Source: Convolutriloba macropyga
Taxonomy: Eukaryota
DNA length: 64,000 nucleotides
Assembly (NCBI RefSeq): GCF_964194025.1
Contig: NC_134472.1
Location: 2,108,001-2,172,000 of the forward strand
Reading direction: 5' to 3'
How positions within the stretch are numbered: position 1 is the stretch's first letter; each line of letters opens with the position of its first letter. Of the stretch, positions 25,801 through 37,135 are shown in pieces. Made by a program: the position numbers and the translations under genes. The notes under the pieces are model-generated. The model searched no databases and had not been told where the DNA came from. It worked only from the letters and a program-made list of their open reading frames with translations.

Positions 25801-26267
25801 CGCTCGAGCGCAGTTTTACGCGATCTGGTCCCGTTGGATCAAAGAGCACCTACCGACGATTGACCTTAGCTCTAAACGGCAAACAGACAACTGCCGAGCA
25901 ACATCTTATGACCGATGACTTGGTATGAATAGTTTATGAAACCAACCTTAGGGAGTTACTACTCTGCGGCTCGCGTTGTAGAACTCCCTTACGGCTCCGA
26001 TAGCGTCAAGCTCCGCCGCCTTACGTACGTCGACTGATTCACACATCCCCCCGCTCAAGAAACTTGTACCAGTTCTTCCATCTTTTTTTTGCGGTCCCGA
26101 AGATGTTAGCTACGGCTGAATAACTCCCTAATCGATGCGTATAGATATGTGTCCAATTTGCATAACAGGTTCTAATGTTTGTAGAAAACTCAGAAAAAAT
26201 CAATTTAACATAATTTGAAGTAAATATAACCTGAATGTGTACCAATTAAGGTGGTTTCGGCTTAACA
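22830..26267 (+). mobile_element. Second decayed Bel/Pao LTR retrotransposon (integrase core deleted), with PPT and short 3' LTR remnant
   Basis: Protease AFVLCNT...LGQIVYHAIRPLE; RT YTNQIFGA...ADYALQRT; RNase H VAP..PKLELQAA, TDSTT, KQPICFAN. The post-integrase segment (ADP..LNAITHNRFL, IWSRWIKEHLP, KKLVPVL..GPEDV) ends at GGTCCCGAAGA/TGTTA (26104), with a candidate LTR end TAACA at 26267. Confidence 0.87.
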
Positions 26268-26589
26268 TTTTTAGGTTTTCAAATCATCAGCTGATAGACA
26301 ACGAACCGATTTTGACGCCACTAACTTCAAAAGAAAAACCTGTTAGATGAACATCAAAAAAAATCATGCCGTCTAAGATCTCTTGTTGCAAGCGCATATA
26401 TAATAATGTTACTTTTAAGGTTAATACTAATAAATTGATGCTTTTATGTATTTGTTAATTTACATTCGAAAGAGCGGTTGTCACATTTATCAGTTAGAAA
26501 TATTTATTTATTTTGCGTTTTGCGGAAAAATTTTATCCTCAAGATAAAACGAAGTCCAATTTTTTTGCCTAATTTTGTATTTGACCTTC

Positions 26590-27401
26590 TAACTGCTAAC
26601 GAAGTACTCATGCAGACTGACAGCACGACCCTTCCTCAATGGAATTACTCTGATGAAAAGCAGCCAATCTGTTTTGCAAACCCCATTTTTAGAATTTTGT
26701 AATATACCAGCGTTGATCAATAGAACAATGTCGCAACTAAGGACAATCCAGCTGAGAATGGCCACAATTCCATGTTTTTTGTTTAAACAGCTATCTCCAA
26801 GGTCCACTTTTCTTGGGTACCACAGGTTTTCCCTTCGTACCAAACAAGGACGTCATCAATACAGCCCAACTTGGCTTCAGGAAAGCAGTTGTCATTGAAG
26901 ACACTGTATCTTTGTGTGCACCTGTTAAAAAATCAGTAAACCCCCGTAGTTATTCCCGTTTGCTGTGTTCAGTTCTTCTAAATAATTATTTGCTATAGAA
27001 AACTCAGAAAAAAATCAATTTAACATAATTTGAAGTAATTATAACCTCGATGTGTACCGATTAAGGTGGTTTCGGCTTAACATTTTTAGGTTTTCCAATC
27101 ATCAGCTGATAGACTACGAACCGATTTTGACGCCACTAACTTCAGACGAAAAACCTGTTAGATGAACATCAAAAAAATCTTGCCGTCTAAGATCTCTTGT
27201 TGCAAGCGCATATATAATAATGTTACTTTTAATGTTAATACTAATAAATTGATGCTTTTATGTATTTGTTAATTTACATTCGAAAAAGGGGTTGTCACAT
27301 TTATCAGTTAGAAATATTTATTTATTTTGCGTTTTGTAGAAAAATTTTATCCTCAAGATAAAACGAAGTCCATTTTTTTGCCTAATTTTGTATTTGACCT
27401 T
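26590..27401 (+). repeat. Recent duplicate of 25074-26588 with an internal ~700-bp deletion
   Basis: 26590-26993 is near-identical to 25074-25477, and 26996-27401 is near-identical to 26182-26588. Confidence 0.93.
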
Positions 27402-28149
27402 TTGACCATTAGAAAGTATTCAAATCCTGTAAAGGTTTCGAAATAAAAATAACGTGGAGACATCGGAAATTTAAGATTAAATCGTTAGTTCTCCTGTCAT
27501 TGTGGGTGGCACGATTTCAAATTTATAATTTAAACTTATAGTTGAGGTTTTGGAAGAATAGGGTTACGAAAAAGGAATCTAAAAGAGTGTCCATTAGTTG
27601 TCAACTTCATTCTTTCAATTTTTTTCACCTTGCTTTCGTCCATTGCGCTACAAAGTTTTCGAAGTATTGGTCAGGACTTTAACAGCACTTGCAAGTTCAT
27701 TCCCAATTCAAAACCAACTTTTAAAGAAAATTCGATTGGAAATTTTAAAATTTTTGTGACTTGTCACGTTATGGAGATTAGGTTTCACCCCTTTCACGGG
27801 GTCATGAAAATTGATACCAAACTGGTACAAAATGATACTAAACACAGTACTGTTTGACCCCGGAAGGACACAATGGGTAGTTTCAGGTAATTACGGGCCG
27901 TTTTAAGTCATTTTGCAGCCTTTTCATCTCGTTTTCAGCATGAAACAAAATGCAATTTCACTTCTCCTGATTTTTTAAACCGCGGAAAGATTATCAGTTA
28001 GTTGATCTATGTTTTCTCCACCTACTTCCTAACACATTTTTGACAGTTTTTGGCTCTTTCTGACAATTTTTCGATTTGTTTTGGACCATCTCACGGCTAT
28101 TTTTAACAATGGCCTGATCAATTGTTTTTTAAATAAACAAAGTGTTTAC

Positions 28150-28310
28150 AAAGACGTGCAATTCTTAATGCAAGTCAAGAGTTAGACAAAACGTTCGTTT
28201 AAACGTGCATGTCTTGGCCAAGATTTGCATTTGCACGTGCACGTCGTAGCCAAGACATCGATTTAGACGTGCAGGTGGCGACTATGAGTTGCATTTAGAC
28301 TTGCAAGTGT
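28150..28310. repeat. Degenerate ~31-bp minisatellite
   Basis: Recurrent TTTA(G/A)ACGTGCA.GTC...GCCAAGA units. Confidence 0.7.
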
Positions 28311-28799
28311 GAAAAAGGTACTTGACAATACCTATGAATTAGTGCTGATATAAGGCTTGCAATTAGTACTGATAATGACTCGCCGTTAGTTCCGAGCCTT
28401 TACTTTCCCTAAATTTTCCATGTTTAAAACGGCCTTGCTTTAATCTCTCGTTTTGGGCATGGAGTGAGAGTGAATCCTAAGCTCGGGAAAGCATGCAGAG
28501 CTTTCATATCAAGTCCCACGGGCCGCTGAGGTAGCTAAATTTTGTGCTAAATAATTGTTCTGGAATTTTCAACACTAGGATAAGATATTTGGGTATTTCG
28601 TCACATTGCGTACATATTGGGAATTTACTGTTTTTGCCTGACATCACGGAAAAATTTTGAAACCGAGAAGCTCATGCTGTAAATCTTGCCAAGATCTTGA
28701 AACCGCCCAATATTATCAATTTAGTTTAAGAAGCTCATGAGGACTCACTAAAAAACCAAGACTCTTTAAATGCCTCCTTTCTGTTGTGATGGAGAAGTA

Positions 28800-28965
28800 A
28801 CCATAGAACTTCCATATTATGGAAAAGTTGTGGTCATAAAACTTCCATTTATGGAAAAGTTTTAGTCATAGAACTTTCATTTAGGGCAAAGTTATAGTTT
28901 TACCAATCTTTTAAAACTTTTTTGATTTATGAAGTCAATGGTCCATAATATGAAAGTTCTATGAT
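28800..28965. repeat. Three ~32-bp tandem units plus an inverted unit
   Basis: cata(g/a)aactt(c/t)cat..tatggaaaagtt occurs three times, then inverted as ccataatatgaaagttctatg at ~28943. Confidence 0.75.
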
Positions 28966-29179
28966 TAAAACTTTTGGTCAACCCGGGGATGCATATCTTC
29001 TGTGACCTTGGACAATTATGGCCTGAGAATCTAAGAAACTGCGTATGGGCTTAGCGTGGAGGTCGTGTCCTCGAGAACTAAGAGGGCACCTTGATGTGTT
29101 TTTTAACGCGGTATTTCGATTATCATAAGATATTATGTGCCATCATAACTAAATAAGCTTAATTTTAACATTTCAAAAA

Positions 29180-29336
29180 TTTCAAACTTGAAATGTTCGA
29201 CTAAAAAACTGGGATCATGTACCAGTGGAATATCTCCAATAGATTTTTAAAGAAATTTCATTAAAAATCTATCTGAGATATTAATCCACCCGAGTACATG
29301 ATCCCAGTTTTTTACTCAATTATTCCAAGTTTGAAA
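29180..29336. repeat. ~155-bp hairpin (MITE-like) about 40 nt inside GPCR intron 2
   Basis: tttcaaacttg...aaaaaactgggatcatgtac...tagatttttaa pairs with ttaaaaatcta...gtacatgatcccagtttttt...caagtttgaaa. Confidence 0.85.
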
Positions 29337-29376
29337 CATTTAAAGTATTACAATTCATCTGTTTTCATCTGTATAC

Positions 29377-29597
29377 CACTCCGGGCCAGCTCCTTTCTCG
29401 GAAAAGAAACAGACTGGGAACATAGAAATGTAAACATCATAGATGTAGAAAAACAGTCCGAATAGTCCAGTGAAAGTGAGATCAAACACTGACTGAGCTG
29501 TAACAAGAAAGTAGTCGAGAGAATGGAGTTCTTTAGAAGTTGCTGTCACCACCAAACAGTAAGTGTTAATCAGTAACACTATTATCAAAATTGGCGC
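29377..29597 (-). CDS. Class-A GPCR, coding exon 2 (TM1-ICL1-TM2-ECL1)
   Basis: Acceptor ttttgttcttaatttccag/GCG in phase 0. Encodes APILIIVLLINTYCLVV...LDYFLVTAQSVFDLTFTGLFG (N1.50, D2.50). The donor TG/gtatac (phase 2) completes a TGT codon with exon 3. This donor is weak, and GA/gtggta 3 nt upstream is also phase-compatible. Confidence 0.82.
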
Positions 29598-29697
29598 CTG
29601 GAAATTAAGAACAAAATTAGTTATCAAAAAGAACAATTAGTTCCAACCCAAACTTGCTATCGATGCAAATCGGCGATTTTTGATTTGCAAAAACCTT

Positions 29698-31419
29698 CAT
29701 TACGTCGCCAATCCTACAATTTGAGCAAGCAAAATTGCTTGCTGAAGTCAGCGTTGTCGCTCTCCCATGTGTTAAGATAGGATTTATAGGCTTTCGCGGA
29801 TAACAGTAACAGCAAGGGAAACTAGTTCAAATTCGATTAAATTTGAAGGAATTCGCCACAAATGTCCGCGATTGCGGAATTTAATGGCGCGAGAGAAAAG
29901 CGGACAGATTTTTGCCACTCTTATCCGCAAAATTAATTCTCTAATATCTGCTCTAAGGTGACTACTTTCCGCGGTTTAATCGTCACTAATTGCCGCAGTT
30001 TTTGAGGTCTTTGCTACTACTTTGCGGGTCGCTATTGTCCGCAACTTTCATCTTACTATAATCAGCATCTTTATTATCCGCATTTTTCACTATTATGCAA
30101 GGCTTATATTCACAAATTAGATTATTTGTTTAACTGCTTTTAATGCTTTGAATTTTCTTTCAGAAAAAAATGGAAACTATCGTCCCTAAAGAGTCAAGAT
30201 AGATACTAAATGCAAAAAACGAATAGATGAATGACACTCCACTAACAGAGATTACAAATAACTCAAGAACTGAGAAATAACTACTACAAATGACTGATGA
30301 ACAATATGACTGAATTTTTGTACTAAAATCCCTCGGTAAATATTTTCTTTTAAATCGATAACAACTATAATTCAATATATCCACATATTTCAATTTCTGT
30401 AAGCCAGATCTTAGATAACAGACTATAGAAAAAAGCATTTTAGTCATGATGTACTTTTTATCTACAGGTATATATCTACAGGTGAGGGACCTTTGTCAAA
30501 TTATTCGATGATTGGGTTTAAATTGAATTTTAAGGAATCAGAATTCATGAATGAGATTTAAGAGATTTAAAGAAAACTAATCAAGAGCAGAACAGAATCA
30601 ATAAAATAAAAATAAAAGCTTTCAGTTAAGTTTCAGTTTTCACCAAGTTTTTTTCACTTCTGTGAGCGACCCTTCTTCTGAACTTTCTTCGGACTACTGA
30701 CTGGGGAAATTTTCCTCGCATAACTGCTGGCCTTGGAAATTATGGTCTCATTCCTTGCCTCAGCTCGCACTCTGTCGATTCGAGCAAATGCACTGAGAAA
30801 TTTTCATTATATTATTCAAAGGAGCAATTTTATCTATAAAGTGAAAAACTACTGAGGGATTTTTCTCGAAATAATTACCACGATAAAACAGCACTGAATG
30901 ATTCTTATTAAATTATTCCAAACTTAATTATAATAAACTATAGTTTTGCTTTAATTAGTGTTTGTCGCCATTAATATTATTGCCACTGAGTTTAGAGTTC
31001 AGTTCACTGTCATATGATCTAAATTAAATAGGTGTCTTAATTGCAACTTATTCTTTGTACATTTTGATCTAAATTGTGGACAAAGCTGTCAAATTTCTGT
31101 CATTGACTTTGTAGTTTATGAATTAAATGCAGCATTACTAATTTATAAATTAGAGCGCTGCATAAAATTGAATTGGTATAATAAATCATGCTCAAAATTG
31201 CTGACAGTTTACCACTCACAAATTCCGGACATTTGTGACTACAAAATGTGATTTTACAAGATCAGTGACGGAATTTTGTTGCGATTTCCCATAGTTTTTC
31301 TTGTCACTGTTGACCACAGTTTAACCAAATTTTTTCCACGCAAAATGGTTCGACAAAAGATTTCAACTCGTGGTCGCAAACGCGGACTCCTCTGAATTTT
31401 TAGGATTGGCGACGTAATG
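29698..31419. mobile_element. 1.72-kb non-autonomous TIR element (TIR CATTACGTCGCCAATCCTA, 2-bp TT flanks; CMC/EnSpm-like)
   Basis: Perfect 19-bp inverted termini flanked by TT on both sides. Both subterminal regions match the two halves of the 275-bp element at 44442-44716. Confidence 0.75.
30654..30792 (-). other. Candidate terminal coding exon inside the TIR element (45 codons + TGA)
   Basis: Acceptor-like aaaatttctcag/T, then AFARIDRVRAEARNETIISKASSYARKISPVSSPKKVQKKGRSQK*. GC-richer than its flanks. No homology recognised. Confidence 0.35.
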
Positions 31420-31656
31420 TTGTTAGATTTCTGGATCAATTGCTAGAATCAATTTAAGCTCCTTATTATTTTATCTAATTAGCAGCCGGCACCTCTACCA
31501 AATGAAGTGGATCATTTGGTTCATTTTACCCCTTTAATTCCACAAAACGGATCTCAATTCGAGTGAAAAAGGTCTTAAAGTGTGAGATATGGTGAAAAGA
31601 GAACAATTAAACTAATTGGTACCAGTGGCGTGGTTTTAATAGAAATAAATGGTAAC

Positions 31657-34600
31657 GGACGGTTGATGTTAATGTGATATAAGACAAATGAGCCATTAAA
31701 GATGAGTTTTCTCAACCCTTATTGGCACGTGGGTTGACTTCTGGAAAAAACTTGCTTTAAACTCATTTTCAGTTTAGAAGTCTGGAATGGGCGTTAGAAG
31801 GGATTTTTGTAGACCAATCAAAAAGCTATAATCTGAAGAGACTAAAAAAATGAATTTGAAAAGAGGAAATTATATTACCAGAGTGTATAAGCTCATTGAA
31901 ATTTTGTCGGAATGCTCAACTTTGTGCTCTATCCAACGATCCGGCCTCAAGTTATCGGCACCAAAACAGTGCAATTTTAAGGTTTTGGATTTCTTTTAAG
32001 GTAAAAAATGACGGTTTGAACAAGAAAGACGCCTAAAAGCAATTTCAAAAGGAAAACGCGTTTATTTGTATCCATAAAGCGCCACGGAGAAGATTTTCAT
32101 TGCTTTTTCTGTTGTTTCCTGCAAAGAGAAATAGAGTATTGTCAATCAAGGTTTGCTAGCTTTTGATATTCAAAAGGTTGTTTTGCAGAAAATTGTTGTC
32201 CGATTGGCTATTTTTTACAAATTAACTTGAAATTGTTCTTTCAATGGTAGTCCAATCAAATTTCACTTCCGCTTCAAATTTTTATTACGCCTTAGGGTTG
32301 AAACGTCTCGTATGATTGTAAACTAAGTATTAAAGAGGCAACCGAATTTTGAAACAGCGTACAAAAGCCGCAGAGAGGATTTATCGGAGTAACATGATAG
32401 CAATTATATCAAAATGGATCTTCTCGGCGATAAATTTTCCTCATTGTGAAGCCTATCTGATAATCAGAGAACGACAATCAGATTAGCCGACATTTTCAGA
32501 GACCGTTTCAGTGAATCCAGTACTATAATTATGCAAAAACAATAACACGGTTAATTTCGTCATCTTTTTCGAATATATCTTCCTGGAAAAATGTGGTCTG
32601 TATCAGTCTCGAAATGAACTGCTGGGGTCGACAGTATAAAAAAGAATTTTTTGATTCACAAAGAGATTCTACGTGGGTTGAGGTAGGCGAATTGTAAACA
32701 CTATGATCAGGCAACAAATCTTCGTACATTTATTTGACAAAAATTTTGACAAAAATTTTTTTTAAAAGTAAGGAAAATTTGTGAGCAACTGCGATCGTAA
32801 AGTACATATGAAATTTAATTGTGCAACCAAGACACGCTATCAAATTTAATGAGCTATTGCAGTTGAAAATGATCAAACCATTGATAACTTAATTGTTCCG
32901 AACCACTTTAATGGGGGAGGAACTACATACTCAAATGGGTTTTTTTGTTCAATTTTTGTTCAACAATTTTGGCCGATCGATATAATCATCGTAGAGAGTT
33001 GTGAGTGGTATCACTAGAAAGCCAGTTCAGCGTAGAATATGGAATTAAAAAGATTTTTTCGATTTTCGTCTTTCATAGGGAGTTATCGAGGTTCGAAGTT
33101 TTGTGAATATTAGACGTAATTCAGCTGTTTTATTCATATTTTCGGTAATTTTGACCAATTTTTCGTCAATTTTGCTAAAAATATGGAACAATTGTTAACT
33201 GTAGTGTTATTTAATTTATCTCATAAGATAGGTGAGGGTTGCTGAATTGTTCGATTCGAGTTTTTGGCTAGCATTAAAGCTACATTTTTCAAAGTACTAA
33301 CTTTTTTCGTCAAAAATGGGACCCAATCTGCATTTTTTAGCCCACTTGCTTTAAGTTAGTTGGAAGTAGCTACCTTAAAACTGCAGCCATACTCTTCTCA
33401 AGGTCAAACAAGAGCCAATTGTACTCCGGCTAGTTTTAAGGGTCTTCTGGAATTACAACTTTGCCAATTTTTGCAAATATAAACTCGCTAATTATACAAA
33501 ATGCAATTTTTACAATTGACAAACTGAAATATTTTTTATAAAAAATGATCTATTTCACACCCGTTTGAACAACTGAGTGTTAGACGCGCAGCAATATTGG
33601 GGCTGATCTTGATCTCACCATGGATCCTTACGAAAACAATTCTTTAGATTTTAATGGCGACCGACATTTTTTTAAACACTTCCGCTATGTAAATGTTCTT
33701 TATGTAAATTACTGACAAGAATCTAAAATCAGGGCTCAATTAAGGAGAGATATTAATTACAATAAAAGGGGCCCAACGAGATTACAATATGGTTTCAGAG
33801 TTAAGCTCATGATTTTTTGGCTCTGACCAATTGTTTTTGTGAAAATTTTATGGTCTTCTTGAGTTTTGCTTTCATTTGTTATACTTTTTTTAGCGCAATG
33901 ACTCAGTTTAAAAATCCAGTTAGCGTTGTAGGAGGTCTAAATGAGCCTGGACAACTCTTTCAGTTAGTATCTAATGTCTGCTATCTTTTTGAATATATTT
34001 GTTTTTTATGAAAATATCGGTGAAATTTTGAACTTTACCACTATTTTTTTTTAATTCTCTGAACTATGGGCGCAGTCTCAGTCCAAAGAGGAAGAAACCG
34101 ACTTCTCAAGAGTCATAGATCAATTTCGGTAATGGTTTTATATTCTAATGGTTGCTTTGTTTCGATACTACGCGTTTTCAATTTTTTTTTTTCGTTTTTT
34201 TGCATAATTGCATTTTTTTTAGTCCATTTTGTTTCCTTGTCGAGTTATCGCATTACTGACAAATTCAATTGAAATAATTCACAATAGGGCAAATGTACAG
34301 CGTTGGCAAAATGCGTATATGGATATGTTCATTGTTTTGTTGAAAAGTTTTGTGCGTTTTGACTGAGACACAGTTATCTCTCAGACTTTTTAGATTTTGT
34401 AAATTTTTTTTGTTTTTGCCTATGATTGTCTTTCTTTAATTGTACGCCATATAAATGATAACCAGAGGTCTTAATTGCTTCCCCAGGACGTATAACACAA
34501 TTTAGTTGAATATTTCAATTTAAATCTGTTTGTTTCAATGACTTTCAATTTAAGTTATTAAAACAGATTGCATTCTTTTTGTCTCCCCTAAAAAACTAGC

Positions 34601-37135
34601 TCCTTTTGGCTTCCGTATTTGTCACCAAGTAGATCAATCTCGCTGAATAGAAGTCTCAATTACTTTTGTTGATTGAAATTGCTTTTTTGGCGCTTGGTTA
34701 TATGTTGTGACTCATTGCTTTGACCATTTAGTTTCATAAAGTTTTCGAGAATTCTGTACCAATCAATTTTTGGGTTTCTTTTTGGTGTCATGTCTACGTA
34801 GTCTTTCTCTAAAGAAAAATTGTTGATGCTAAGATGAGGATAAAGTGATGATTTTCAGATCCTTTAGGTAACATACTATAATTATATTGCCTTGAACAGT
34901 TTGATGTCGTAAAATTGTTTGAAGTTTTGGCTTCTTTTTGTTTTTGTTATTATTTTGTGGGTTCGTGACTTAAACTCATTATCAACAGGCCCAAGTGACT
35001 TCATGAAGGGTTGCAACTCAATCCATCGCTTTTTTCATTGAAATCTTAAGTTTTTCATGACTTTTGAAAGTGTTTGCTTTCAAAAACGTATTTGGGTTTT
35101 TGAGCTTCATCTTTTTTTAAATATTTTTTCTGTCGATTTGTGGCTCAGTCTTTGTAAGAACAGGTCACAAACCATTTCTATTGAGCTATAATTTTACCTT
35201 TATTTTGATTTTAGCTTCAAACGTTTTTTTCTTGCCTTTGTTACTACTGTTACTACTAGATTTCATAAAATTTTTGAGTTTTTTTTTATTTATTTGTATA
35301 TTTTGAAGGATTTTTGTTTTCTTTTCATTTTATGACAATAATCGTAAGTCCCATTGGCTTTGAAAGTTTGCGGAAATGAAAATTTGATAATGGAATCTCT
35401 CAATTGCTTCCTATGGAGATATAAATGAACATTTTATTGATTTCAGTTGATATCTGATGACATCATTAACTGAGAAATTAATTGTTTTCAAAAATAAAAA
35501 CGTGTTTTTGAACTTCGCTCCTCTTTGCTTTTTTGTCGACCTGTTAACGAGTCTTATTGAGGACAGTTCCCGCATCTTTTTAATGAAGTATAGGTTAAAT
35601 TGTTTAGGTTTTATCTGATGCGAGTTTGGATTTGTTATAACTTTTTTCGTTATCGAGTTTTTGTCGTAAATAATGGTTGTTGTTTGATTTTTATTTTTGT
35701 TCTTTCTAGTAGTCCTATTATCAACAACTTTCATCGGCCCTCCAGCGCAGCATTAATGTATTCCATTGTTTGTTAATTGAACGATATCAAAATTTTCTAT
35801 CTCTTCATCATTTGGTAGCCAATTAAGTCAAGAATGTGGATGAGCGGGGTCGGAACATTAAGTGCGTACGCACATTAACGAGCTTTCTCGTTAGTCATTA
35901 ACTCAGACCAAGTTTGAGTTTTCTGATCACAATCGAATTTTAGTGATCTTTGAAGTGATATTCAAAAGCTATTCAAAAGTCAAAGACATCTGAGTCTATT
36001 AGCGATCTTGTGTGTTATCATACCACCCTAAATCTCATTCCGGAACTTTTAAGGAAAGGAAGCTTAAAACCGCCAAAAATGCATTAACAATTTTCCTCCG
36101 TGCTATGAAATATTTCAGAAATAAAATAATCCTAACAAATTATTACCTTCTCATTTGAGATTTTAATAAATGAAAGAACATGTTTGACTAAAAGTTACAA
36201 AACTGACATCCTAGACACAGTTTGCCTATAAAAAGACGTTAGGCTGACATTGGCGTAAGACTCCGTGTTTGATAGAATTACAAGAATAACATCTTTTCTA
36301 TTGTTTCCCAGAATATAAACATTAATAGGCATTAAACATTTTGATTGAAATTTCAGAAGACTAATAAATGCCAAAAAATATATATATTGCGCAAAATAAC
36401 ACCACAGAAAGCTCGTAGCGAAAACAAAACACAAAGAAAAATGTGAAAAAATCATTAGCTTCATTCCACTAAGCCTTTTTCATAAGAGAAGTCTATGTAC
36501 ATCTGCATTACCTTACTAATTAACAACTCTTTGCCGTCAATCAAACCAAAATGTTTGCCAGCAATCAATCAATTCTGCGGGAAATTTTAGCACATATTTT
36601 TTACAATAACGTACCATTGCTCTTTTTTTCAGAGCATTAATGAATAGGATTCCAAACTCTGGAACACTTTTTTTTCAATTGTAATTCATTTTTTCTATTA
36701 ATGTTTTTCTATGTCGGAGTTGTGCTTACTAAATATGCAGATTAATTAGTAGAGTTGAGAAGCATGGCAAGCAAATTTTATTGCTGCATTTAACCATGAC
36801 CAAATCAAGTTTTTAATGTTTATTAGCATATTTTTTTAGTAGCTATTATTAATGATTGTTAGCTAAAATTTTACATGGAAGCCATATACTTGAAATCGAA
36901 GTCAAGCTATAAATCAATCTCGAAGTTTCCTACCATTACCAAATCAGTATTGATCAGTAATCACAAACTAAAAAAATATAAACTTGAATTGGATTGGTTT
37001 CTCTACGAATTTTTTCCTACACCATAACGGATCAAGTGACGCAAAAAATTAGATATCACCGCTGAGCAGCTACCAATTTGCAAATGTAATGATCTTGAGG
37101 CCTGCAATTGTTACGTGCAAATTTGTGAACAAGTT
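31657..37135 (+). repeat. Tandem segmental duplication, copy 1 (lacks the 659-bp exon-1 block)
   Basis: Starts ggacggttgatgttaatgtgatataagaca, as does 37148. Collinear and near-identical to copy 2, giving twin ORFs such as 32529/38007 and 36195/41671. Confidence 0.96.
32889..35892 (+). mobile_element. Helentron/DINE-like element, full-length copy (~3.0 kb)
   Basis: The 5' subTIR TTAATTGTTCCGAACC is the near-inverse of the 3' subTIR GGGGTCGGAACATTAA (35846-35861). This is followed by the palindrome GTGCGTACGCAC and terminal CTCGTT. It is T-flanked with no TSD and has an internal degenerate array. Confidence 0.7.

Noticed and set aside
26039-26245. Minus-strand ORF ending ERGDV with GCGGGGGGA-TGT, resembling a PPT plus LTR start
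   Set aside because: The plus strand here encodes the Bel/Pao pol C-terminus (KKLVPVL...GPEDV) with its own PPT and LTR, so the minus-strand pattern is incidental.
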